A stretch of 64,000 bases of DNA from Chlorokybus atmophyticus (Eukaryota; Plantae; Mesostigma and Chlorokybus algae): assembly GCA_009103225.1 (NCBI GenBank), contig RHPI01003488.1, positions 124,001 through 188,000 on the forward strand, given 5' to 3'. Positions 37,401 to 49,088 of the stretch are shown here, one piece after another. Below the pieces are notes generated by a model. The model was not told the DNA's origin. It worked only from the letters and a program-made list of their open reading frames with translations, and ran no database searches. The first letter of the stretch is position 1; each line of letters opens with the position of its first letter. The position numbers and the translations under genes were made by a program.

Positions 37401-40310
37401 NNNNNNNNNNNNNNNNNNNNNNNNNNCCCCCCCCCCCCCCCCCAAACAGCAGCAACAACAGCAAGCCATAAAGGACACAGAAGCAGCACCGTCAGCAAAG
37501 CCGAAAGGAGCCGCGCGTCCACACCCTCGTTGATACCGGCTGTTGTGCCAGATGTGGCTGGTTGCTTCTTTCTTGGGTGGTGATGTCGTTTTGTGTGCTT
37601 TCCTTTCCTGCCTTTTTGCTTCTTGGCAGATTGCAGCTTTTTGGCCGGCTTGTCTGACGGTTCCTCAACCTCTGAAGATGTCATCAGGGTCTGTCAGAGG
37701 ACACCTGTGTCAATAACATAAGCTAGATGGTAGACTTTAACACCCGGCCCTGATACCTTGAACAGCGTGAAGTACAGATGAATGAGGGCCTTTGCAACTG
37801 CAGGCCCATCGCCTTTATGAGACAATATGATCTGGTTAAGGAAGATTATCTGCACAAACGCTCAATATGAGAACCGCTCTAAAATGAAACAGTGCACACG
37901 GGAAGTCATGTTGTGAGTACTGACCGCATAGTACTGTGCGCGCAGACCAACACGGGGCCGAAATGTGAATGCGTCCATCTCGCGTACTACTATGGGCTGC
38001 GCGCCCGGATTGGCTCAGTTTAGCACAGCAGTTTGGCGCATAACAACCATGCGGTGTAGAGGTCTATACTGCACTACCTTCATGTTTGGGTGCCTTGTTA
38101 GCAAGGATGATAGCAAGAACACTGACTTTGAAGCAACCTTTCGCTCTGGATCACCTAGCTGCATCACATCCCAAGATGTCAGCGGGAACCTCGCAATTTC
38201 ACTCTTTCACTCTTTCACCACCACAACGCGTACCTTATTGACAAGCAATGCGAGCAGCCTTCTCTCTTGCTCCGGTTTCGTCACAATCAAGTCATGGGCA
38301 GTCTGCCATGCAAAGGCCGTGGCTTACAGACACATCAAGCAACGGATGGCCATGCAACAGCTATTCTTATAAGGAGCCGTGTCCTCTGCGTCTTATTGAG
38401 AAAGCATGCCTGCACTCACCTTCAGGGACTTTTCCTTGAAAAAGGTAAGGTTGTCCCTGCTCCCTGCCTCAATGGCAGTCAGGAATCTGTCATACCTGCG
38501 GATGGCACAAACCTCCTGTTATGCGTTGGGGGGCGCAATCAACAATGCGGGTAGTCTACTGGCCATTACCTTTGCTTTAGCACATCCTCAAAATACCAGT
38601 ACAGCAACTGAGTTGCTCGTTGCGTTGATGAATTCAACGTTCCAAGCGGCTGCTGTTCAAAAGGTCGTAGCTTGCGATCTGGAAGCAGACTGAAAGCGAA
38701 TGTTTGCTGTGTACGATCAATACAGCATGCAACGAATGCCGCATACATAATACCCATGCTACAGTGATGCAGGCCGTATAGGTAATAATGCCTACTCGGA
38801 GTACATACCTCAGCAAGAACAGCTCTTTTAAGGCGTCCATGACTTGCGCAGCCTGCCGCTTGCCTCCCTTGCTCTCCACCATTCCTGCAGGACGAGTGCA
38901 GTTCAATCACCTTAAGAGGACATGCCCCGCCGGCAACCCTGCCCTCTCCACATGAAACCCACGCTCTCCTTTATTAGGCATGCTCCAGCTGTTACATAGA
39001 CCAGAAGCCAGTTGCATGCAATTCGGGGTACATGAAAGATATGAACATGGAACCCAGCATTGTAATCCAATGCGCATACCAAGGAGAACATCAAGACTGC
39101 GCAAGTTGGCCATCGCCTCTTCTTGCACAATCACAGTGAGTGCTGCGAGCTTGTCGGACGTGGTTCCACTCTGGCGAACGGTCCGCAGCCAGTCCATATC
39201 CACACTGCCTTGTTTCCTTCTGCTAGTCTGCTTCTCCCAGTCCGCTGCCCTCCTGCCACAGACGGCAACAATCATGGCAACATTAAAAACTGTAACAGCT
39301 TTGTTGAAAACAGCTATCATGCATACAACATTTATGCGCAGCATTACTAAAATGCATTCGTGCTTTACAATGCTAAGTGATGTCAATCTAAAATACGCAA
39401 CAGCGCTTGGTAATGCATACTCTGTCAAAAGGCGTTCGCCTTCTGCACGAAGACTCTGTGCTTGCTCCAAGGCAACTCCGGGTCCGGTCGCAAGTTGAGC
39501 AGCATCATGCTCGAACCATCTCACTGTGGATTGCACAGGTGAAGTCCGCTTTTGGATACTATCCACCTTTGAGCCCTCAGGCGGAGCAGCAGCATCCTCA
39601 AGTGGTTGTTTGGTGCGCTCTTTCTCCTGTTTCACAACACGTGGCGTAGTTTCTGACTTTTTCGCTCTCTCCGTCAGATGCTTGTCTGCGGGCTGCTGCC
39701 TTACAGCCTTCTTTGTTGCCTGATGACATGCAAGCTTGAGGACGGACAACAAATGGTCACAACGCGGTCTCACTACTCTCTGGTATTATAGGCAGAACTA
39801 TATAACGCATGCAGAGTTGAATATCCGATTGCGCAACACACAGATCACTGGAAGATGAACTGTGTTTGCACAACAAGAAGGTTTTGCGCTCCTCTGCACT
39901 GACAAGATCGTGCACGCACAACAGTTTGCGACATCCTGTGCAATGGCCTTGAACTGGTGCAAGTATCACAAATGTACAAGTGCAGCAATCAGCTTAACTA
40001 ACACGCAGTTATGTTGTCACAGACACATTGCCTTGCTTTCGCATGTCAGGCATCCAGGTGCATGCAAAGCAGTCCACGACTGGTAATGCGGCGCACTTAT
40101 TACCTTTTCACTACTAGGGTTGATTGGTCTGTTTGGCTGCCTGAAGTCGGTGTCATCAAAGCCACCACCATTCCCGCCGCTTCCTGCACCACCAAGCCCA
40201 AGAGAAGCTGCGAAGGAAGCGACATCCGCACGGATGGCGTCCAAGTCTTCCACCTTCTCTTTGAGCTTCTTCTTGGTATCCCCTTCTTTCTGACCCGAGT
40301 CAACACCCAT
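34485..40310 (-). CDS. NOC1: Ribosome biogenesis factor Noc1/Mak21/CEBPZ (multi-exon; one intron spans an N gap)
   Basis: GTTSDKLAALT, DARLLSALLT|GINRAFPF, CBF domain, EPEFSHAENACWWEL..LASHVHPSV...NPLRDLSLAPFLDKF..KKPK, acidic C-terminus. Confidence 0.9.
36940..37443. other. Assembly gap (~469 N) flanked on both sides by poly-C, inside a NOC1 intron
   Basis: Seen directly. The flanking exons (..ALLT| and |GINRAFPF) are contiguous protein sequence. Confidence 0.9.
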
Positions 40311-40835
40311 ACTCGCAGCCTGCCTTGGCCTCCTTCAGCTCCTTCCCCTTCTCCTCCTCCTGCTTGTCCTTGGCGGCCGCTCGCGATGGCGGGAAAAGTT
40401 AGGGTTAGGGCTGCGGTCAGGCCTGTACGTCGCGCCGTGCAGCGCAGTACCAGCGGTCGCAGGACTCAACAGAACCGCGGTTAAGTGGAAACGGCATTTC
40501 CGGCTGTTGCTACCGGCGGTGACTTCCGCACAAACTGTGTACAGTACAGACTCTCTGCACTGTACAGTATCTTGTACGTGACGTGTGAGGATGTGACACG
40601 TGTTGTGGGTTATGGCACTTGCCAATTTCTCGTATGCTTAAGCGCCGCCTCAACGGACGGGGCTGTACGTTTTTGGTTCATGTGCACGCAGGTACCAGAG
40701 TCGTACGCGTACACCACCGTTACGGATAGTACCCAAAGTGCAATGATTACAATGTGCCACTGCTTCGCCGTCCAAGACGTGCGCGTGGATGGCGTACATT
40801 GTGCGCGTGGATGGCGTACATTATGCACGTGGTGC

Positions 40836-40895
40836 ACTCTTGCTTACATGCCCTCAAGGGCACCCATGTGCCCTTGAGGGCATGTAAGCAAGAGT
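40836..40895. repeat. Perfect 28-bp inverted repeat with 4-nt loop
   Basis: actcttgcttacatgccctcaagggcac (40836-40863) ccat gtgcccttgagggcatgtaagcaagagt (40868-40895). A 22-bp tandem duplication (40779-40822) lies just before it. Confidence 0.95.
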
Positions 40896-41001
40896 CGATG
40901 TCATGTCAATGGCAAATGTACCTCCTGTAGCAAACGTGGCTTTTCGAACAACCAATCTGTCTTGCAACATGCGTGTGTACACAAATGTAAAAGGGGTTGT
41001 G

Positions 41002-41509
41002 TGTCACGAATTGGGATAAATTGTGACAGACCTCACTCATGGTAGTGTCTTTTACTACCATAGCCTAGTGGTCGGGCCCCAATTGTTACAATGGTTTCGG
41101 AGCTTGACGTCTCAGGTTCAATTCCCGTAGGGGACTGAGGCAGATCCAAGGCAAAAACAAAAACATTTGGGGCGGCTTGCCCTAGGCTGGGCGCGGGATC
41201 ACGACCTGCGCGCCGAGCCAGTTCAACCTAAGGCCGCGTGAGCGGTCGCGCTGCGATGGCAGGTCGCGCGGTGAGGATGACCATTCGGTCGGTCAGGACC
41301 GTTCGTTGGCCGGATTCAACAGGCCGCGGGCAGACCGATTGTGGTACGGCCGCGAAAACGGCGACGTGGGCTAGTGCCTCATTGGATTATGAGGAACTCA
41401 TGGGTTAAATTGGGGAGGAATGTCACGAATTGGGATAAATTGTGACAGACCTCACTCATGGTAGTGTCTTTTACTACCATAGCGTAGTGGTCGGGCCCCA
41501 ATTGTTACA
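41002..41509 (+). mobile_element. TRIM (terminal-repeat retrotransposon in miniature), recent insertion
   Basis: 89-bp LTRs 41002-41090 and 41421-41509 (TG...CA, 1 mismatch), 5-bp TSD TTGTG (40997-41001, 41510-41514), PBS-like tggtttcggagc 41092-41103, PPT ggggaggaa 41412-41420, 330-bp non-coding interior. Confidence 0.95.
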
Positions 41510-42904
41510 TTGTGCACATGCACTAGCTATGTCTCACACTCAGCATACACCATCACATCACGTACATCATTAAAAATTCAGCAATAATAAGTGAGCTATA
41601 AGTGAGCTTGCGATCATATTCAATGATTAGCCAATCAGACATCGAAATGTGTGATCAATTATTATTATTATTTTATTGGCGTGTAGTAATAACTATCACT
41701 ACACGCCATTGCTGTTAAGCATACCAATATCAGAAAAGTTTAGAATATATTATTGTTGTCACTAACCAGATCATCGGCGGAGTGCGCAGCAGCTTGCAAT
41801 GATTATGAATTTTTTATAGCGTGTTTATGCAGAGCACTTAATATTCGTGGATGTGGGTGGGTGTGGTGTGGTATGAGGAGGGGAGTGTATGCAACATTAC
41901 ACAATCCGCGATGCCTTATATGGTCTCAACATCCCCCCATGTTAAAGATAACTTAACATTATGTTGTGTTATGTATTATTGTTTTCATGATTTAACTACT
42001 AAAGTTATCATATTGTCGCTTGACAACATTTGTATATTTCGATTGAGCAGCTACACTAGCTAAAACATAACAAAATTTGCATGCTGTTAAAGAGCCACAA
42101 CCTTTACTACATGCATAATATGTTTATCATATTATGCAATGTTAAAGTTTATGGTACAACCCAGTTACATACTAGCTTGTGTCGTTCATGCCATGATTAT
42201 AAAGCCTGTTGCACAGCCACTCCGAAAACGTGTAAAACACACACAAAACACTGCATGTTTTCTGTTTCAAAGGTAAAAAGCGGTAAATAGCTTATTGTAT
42301 GCTAGATTGCCTCTTGACAACTGGATGACAAGGGTCGCTCAGACCTAGCTCCGTGCACAGGCGGCTTTTGACCTTCAAAGTTTGAGGCTGCATACGCACG
42401 GCACTGTACGAACTTTTGGTACCAGGGCCTTCAGTACAACGTAACCGACATGTACCAGCGCGGTCAGTTAACGGAACCGGCTTTCGGAGGTGCGGGGCGG
42501 CAGGTTTCGTAAGCCAAAGCGCGGGGTGGCATGTGTGCCAGCTGGCATAGCAGCAGGCGGCGGCGGCGGTGGTGGCGGCGGCGGGGTCGGCGGAGTCGCT
42601 GTTTGTGAGCGCAGACCGTTGTCGTTGGGGTGCTGCCTATTGGTTGCTTGCTTGCTTGGTGGGGACGGGAGTGGCAGACGAGGTGGGCAGTGTAAAGGAG
42701 CACGCCGAGCTGCTGGATCTCACCAGCGCTCTCTTGGCGAGATGGCCTGCGGCGTCCCCGCCGCCGCCCTCCGCGCAGAAGCAGCCTGGTTCAGCTGACG
42801 GCGAGCTTGGGGCAGTTGTGGAGAACCTACAGGCTGCTCCGTCGTCGGCTGCGGGCGCTGGTGAAGTAGGTCTAGCCAACCCTCCTGTGATTGGTAGTGG
42901 TAGG

Positions 42905-45063
42905 ATGATGGCTGTAGACATGACGGGGCGCCCGGGGTTTGGGGCGGGAGCTGCTTCTTCTGGAATGGCAGGGCTGGTTCGGCGAGCGATGCCAATCAAC
43001 GACCCCAATGCCATTTCCCAGCTGCTCGGTGGCAATAGGGTCGCTGCTTCTTTCATGCCACAATCAGCAACTCCAAGCAGCTTTGCACCGCATTCAGCAG
43101 CACCGAGCAGTTGCATGCTTCTTCCAGCCTACGGCATGGATAGGGAAAGCTTGCCGCAAGCAGCTCCTGCCAGGCCGATGTTGCAGCAGTCCTTCACAGC
43201 AGAACTGGAATGCATGTTTGGCGGCGACAAGACATTGACTTCTTCCATAACAACGGAGTTGGACGCTCTGCGTCGCAATGCTCCTATCAGCCAGGTTTGA
43301 AATGTCACGAGTTGCGTCCACCGACATAGTGTAGACTCTGCGTCATCCATTTGCTGTGCCAGCTGCATGTATCCATCCACACTCCCAATGACAGTAGTCA
43401 TGGTTTGAAATTGGTTTTATATTGGTTTTATTACCCATGTTTGGTTTACCACTAGTGTAGAGCATGCAGCAGTTGCCCTGGCCACTTTTGGATTTGTTAG
43501 GAAACATTGTTTTTTTTTCATAGGCCAGCGTTTTTGTAAGGGTCAGTTGCAACCCTAACATTGTGGTGGTTTGGTAACAGATGACTTTAGAGCGAGTAGA
43601 TAGCCTGCTGACTGCGGACCTTGAACGAAATCTGGGCAGCATGAGCATGGACGAGCTTATCTTATGGGTTCAAGGCGGGCAACGAGCTGCTGCTGCTGCC
43701 TCCTCTGTTGCTGCTACCTCCGTAGCTGCTGCCTCTACAGGAGGGTACATGGCAAGCACTTCCACAGCAGCGCCCAAACCCCTATCAAGGGCACCTCCAG
43801 TTCCTGCGTTGCCTCAGCCGGCGACCCAGCTGCAGGTAGTGGACACGACCCGTCCTCTTCAGCCGCTTGTGAAGCAGAGCAGTTTGCCTAGGGAGCTCGG
43901 TCGAAAAACAGTCGAAGAGGTGAGTTTTTGCGGACAGAGGTCAAGTTGTCTGTCTCTCATTATTACGCATTGACAGCATTGGGCTTGCCACAGGTCTGGC
44001 GGGATATACAGGCAAAATATGATCAAGTTGGGCAGCCGCAACCGGCTGAGGCTCCGCCAAAGAACACGAACACTCGTCTACAAAGCAGACTGAGCAGTCT
44101 GACCTTTGGGGATATCACGTTTGAGGAGTTCCTGAACACGGCTACCAATCTGGAGCCATGGAACAGTGCGATTCTCACTGCACCGCTGCCAGTACCCGCT
44201 GTGCTGTCAGCTGCAGATGCAGTTGCTGCACCCACCGCGCCAGCGCAACCGGTGGCGTCAGCTCTAGCACTACCGGCTATGCAGCAAGTTGCCTCAGAGC
44301 AGGTATGCCAGTGTGTGCTAGTTGTTGGCGCGTGTTCTGTTGTCCCATTTCGGTTGTTCACTATCTCATCATATAAGAACATCTACAGGTGCAGCAGCCA
44401 ACTGCTCCCCCTGCTGAGCACATCAGACGAAGCAAACGCCAGAAGCTGGAAGTTGCAGTCAAGCCTGTGGAGACAGAAGTGGCTCCTGCTGCTGGCAACA
44501 AGCCTCAGTCGCCATTGAAGCCCAAAATTGAAACGCCAGCAACTCCCAACCCCATGAAGTTTACGCTGCCGCCAATCCCGCCACCGCCATCAGCTCGCGC
44601 GGCTTTCCCGAATTACAACAAGCCAAGTCCCTCAACACCTCCAGAGCCTGCAAAACGGGGACGCAAGCGTGGGTCTCAAAAGCGCACCCCAGAGGAGATT
44701 GAGCAGCAGGCGCTTTTGAGAAGGGTGAAGTGCCGCGAGTCTGCAGAGCGCTCACGAGCTCGTAAACAGGTCAGTTTGGTGTCAGTCATGGCCTGGAAGA
44801 GTGGCAGTGGATGCATCTAATCTTACTCAACCACTGACATTCCTGCAGCAAATGCGCATGGAACTGGAACAAGAGGTTAGCATCCTGCGGAGTGAGGTGA
44901 ATCGCTTGCACCAAGAAGTGACTGAACAAGCAGGTATGTTGTCAAAAACTTGGCGTGCAAGCGCGTTAGCGACGTGCGTTGCGAAGCTGACTCAAATGCT
45001 TCTTGTGCTGTTTCAGTTGGCAAACGGGGAAAACTGCGTCGCACACGAACCGCTCCATGCTAA
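42905..45063 (+). CDS. Group A (ABF/AREB/ABI5-like) bZIP transcription factor (6 exons)
   Basis: C1 NLGSMSMDEL, C2 LVKQSSLPRELGRKTVEEVWRDI, C3 TFGDITFEEFL, basic region RVKCRESAERSRARKQ plus leucine zipper, C4 LRRTRTAPC*. Start at the first in-frame ATG is uncertain because the frame is open upstream. Confidence 0.85.
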
Positions 45064-46460
45064 CCGTCTTGCGCGCGCCAGCCACTTATTGCGCTGGCCC
45101 CAACAGGGCGCTTGGCCTTGCATGAAGACCAAGTGCTCTGTGTATAGCTTGTTTCTGAACGACTTCTGCAGGTAGTGTCAGAAGACGCATCGTGGTTTTG
45201 GGATGTTAGAGTGCACATCTATGCAAGACCGCTACCAATCAAAGCATGAAATGGCGTGCAGTGGCATTTGTACAGGCAGGGTTGCCGCGCGGTCGCAGTA
45301 GCTGTTAGGTGTTATGCTGACAGATACATTGTGTGTATTTGGTTAATGTCCTTCCATGTGCGCTTGGCTTGTTTCTGGTGCATGGGGCACTTGCTTTGTT
45401 GGTTTTGACGTTCAAGTCACCTCTTGCTGACTTCGATCTTGAAGTCAGTACAAGGTGATTTGCTGTTCTGTTGAGGTTTGTTGCCTCGCCTCGGTTGTTT
45501 GTATGATAAGAATGTGTGTGATATGATGACTCACAAACACAAACAAATGTTCGGCATCCGGGACAAATGGATCCACTGGCTCGGAGTGCGCAACATGCCA
45601 GCTACTTGCGCAGCACAGTTGCACATACTTTTCATCAGACAGTTGCTTACAGCAAGCTCAAGCTCAAAACACTCGTTGGCATGACGGCGTTGGTGATGCA
45701 GACCTGATGAGGGTGTGACGCTGGGCCTTGCCACTTGTCACAATGCAGTGGTAAGAGCTGAGCTCGATAATCTTCAATGACAGCAGAACATCATCAAGTC
45801 TATATGATAGACCAAGCATCTACTAGCAGTAGCAGCATGTGATAGAACTAGTGGTTGTGGCTTGTGAAAAACACCTTTTGTACAGCATCTTTGTGTGTAT
45901 AATCTTCAGGTAATGCAATGCTCACAGACAATCAAATGAGCTACCAAGGCAGCTGCTGCTATAGCTTTTGCGAAATATGATTGACATGATATAATGAATT
46001 CATGTAAACTATGGTAGTCATAATTACTAACGAGATTTGGAGATTTGTTGCTGTTCTTGTACACATGGACCGCAGTGTAGCGGCAACAACTGAACAAATT
46101 CAATGAATTAACATAATAGAGGTGTACAAAAATTCCAATTCCATTATTTCACAAGATTCTCGCCATATGCATTGTAAGCATACCCCAAGCCCTGTGACGC
46201 CAACCATACACATGTACAATACAGCTTTATTGACTCAGAATGGAATACTGTACTCAGCATGCCTGCCTAGCCATATGGACAGCACAGAACAGATTAATGG
46301 GCACAATTCATTCCTGATAACAATGCTGATAGCATGGTGCCACGTAAAGGGCAACAACGCTCTGGTGCAAAATCTTGCGCAAGGCAGATGTGCCACTTCT
46401 GGCAGCGATTCCATAGATTTGTGATGCATCAGCATCATGTCCTTGTGCTTTGAAGCTCCA

Positions 46461-48124
46461 CTAGCGCAAGGCGTGCATGTACGCAACAACAGCCTTCAAG
46501 ATGCCTTGGTACGTTGTTTGCAGGTCCATCTCCTCCAGCACTTGCGGCTTGCCTGTGAGCTGTTCCACCAAAGCTGCAAAGGAGAAATGAACTGAACCAC
46601 ATCGACATGCACTTCAAGGTCGGTCAATACTGGTGCAGCATGATGACTCCAAACATAGTGCCCAGAGCATACAGCTGATCATGATACTTCGATCGTGGCA
46701 ATCGAGGTACCATTGGTGTGATGTCGGCAGTTGTTGCGAGCATTGACCTCTGGGGTCCATTGCTGCTGGAACCGCTCTGCCAGAGCATGGCCCGTAGCTG
46801 TCGTGGTGGTGCCCACTCTCAGAGCTCGCCTAGGCAACCTCTTTAATTTCTTGCAACGCATCTCGCCTGCATAAGAAACCCCGCGAGCTTTAATGATTGA
46901 TCAGTTGCAAGGGATGGATACACAACACGCATAGTTCTGTTCAACAACACGCACAACATCAACTAGCATGACAACATGAAGCAAGCAGAAACGCTGATAT
47001 TACCTAATACGGGCTGAAAGGTAAGGACCCGTAATGCAATGAATGGCACAAACTCGGCTTTGGGCCGGAAGTCATACGCAGTGTAACCCTAAATGTTTTG
47101 GCAGGAACGCAATGTTGGGCAATGTTGCGAAGCCGTAAGATCAGCAAGCGCACAACCGGTGTGTCTACCCATGTGTTACTCAGCTCACTGGTATACATCC
47201 ACCCTTCACAACCAGCTCTCACCTCCGTTGAAGTGCCCACAACAGTGAACCAGTGCTCGAAGGGTGGGGGCAGCAAGTGAAGGGGTGGATCCAAGTTGCA
47301 CTGCAGCAGTGCAATACAAATTGATGATGACCATGCCATGCAAACAATCACCAGAGCACTGCTGTAATATGATTGTCTTGGAAAAGGTACTGATGAATAC
47401 CTTGGCAACGTACACCTCTAGCTCCCCTTCTTTCAACATAGGTGGGTCTAGCAAGAGCGCTACGCCTGCTGAATTACTGCGGCCAGCAATAGGCTGGTCC
47501 TCACTAGAGCCCTGAACGCAAGGTCAAGAAACCACACAATTTAGTATACGTAGCCTTGCGAGTGACAGCTTTGAAGTAAACAGTAACTGATACGCAGGCC
47601 ATGGCGTTCTTTGCAGTTTGCATGCATGGTAGCCCAGTGCAGTACCCAGCAGCAACATGCAAGGATTTAAATCCCAGACTGCATACCAAAGCCGTGCACA
47701 TAGTATGATAGCTTGCATGCATGCCTAGTGCTGCGGCGTTGCAGTGCGTGTCTTTGCACTCACGTACAACCATGAAGCTGCTGCTCTGGCCTTTTGGGAT
47801 GTCCCGCGAGCTAGTATGTAGCTGTTGCACATGCATAGTGCAACGCATGCGTGCCTTACATGTGCACAGTGTCGCAATGATTTAGCACGACAGCACACTT
47901 GCCTGCGAGGGCGTGGCTGCGATAGCTTGTACTTGCACATGGCTCCTGTTCTTGCTAGTGTTGGAGCGACAGAGGAACGTCGCCTGGTCGCGCCTGCAGC
48001 GCGAACGCCACTGGTTGTCTGACAACGATGGTTGTGGCGACACCCTGGCCGATGTCCGCAGCGATGACACCGCCGGCGCCGACGACGACGGCGCCGCAAC
48101 CCACCAGGCCAACGCCGTCGCCAT
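46461..48124 (-). CDS. Uncharacterised plastid-targeted protein with EHW...YDFRP...KKLKRLPRR...NCRHHT motifs (possible permuted papain-like fold)
   Basis: Six GT-AG exons splice into one frame ending ...LVEQLTGKPQVLE...HALR* (TAG 46461-46463). The N-terminus is Ser/Ala/Arg rich. The fold call is inference. Confidence 0.55.
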
Positions 48125-49088
48125 ACCGCCCAGCCCGTCCAGCACCAACGCAGCGCTCACATCAAGGCCAGTCTAGACCAAACCACAGCCTGCCACGCCG
48201 ACAAAGGCACCGACATCAACACTGCATGCATTGAAAGCAGCACGACCAACACCGCCCACCAGGCCAAGCAGCTTACCGACACCTCCGCAGCCGCGGTCGT
48301 GTCGTTATCACACCGCTCAGCTCAGCCCAGCTGAAAGCTTGCAGCACCCTGGCTGCCAGCGACCGACCAATGCAACTGCCACTGCTACCACGACGACAAG
48401 CTGTACTGTACTGCTGCAATCAACCACAGCGGCAATCAGGGCAGCAATGACGTCAACGATATCGTCGCCGTGGCCGGTTGCAGCGGCAGCGGCCCCGGTC
48501 AAAAAAAGCGTCTGGAGTTAGGGGCGCGGGACAGATACGGCCGGCAGAGTGACAATGGATCGGGTCGGCACGGTGCGCTACAACATGCAGTGATTGTTGA
48601 AACGGACTTTTCCGCGACGTTTGCGACGCCTGACTTGGCACGTTGGTGACCACGCATTGTGTATGAAATTCGACTTTGTCGGGGGGTTTCTTTCAGGGGG
48701 CCATCAGTTGCACTGTGCAACTTGCACAGCAGTCCCAAGACTTTAAGGTGTTCGTTAGACAATGTCAGCACATTCATGCATATGTATGTGCGTTTGGATG
48801 GTTGGTCTACAAGTTCAAATCAGCGAGCGAGGATGCAGGGGCAGCTGGTGTTTATGCAGTCATCAAGATGCATGCAGCTGCAAGTATCTGCAGATCAAGA
48901 ACTGAAATGCGGGAGACAACGTGAATGACAAGCATCACTTCGTGCTGCAGCACCACTTTGGCCACTGTGTACGGATAACACATGACCAGAAACCACACTT
49001 CATGGCAAACACAGTCACCAAACCGGAAGGACAAACAGCGCCTCGAGACTGTAGGCTACAAGCTAACAGCGCAAGCACACAGAGGTCA

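Noticed and set aside
41054-41135. tRNA gene
   Set aside because: A and B boxes and a D-arm are present, but the acceptor, anticodon and T stems do not pair properly, and the region straddles an LTR/PBS junction.
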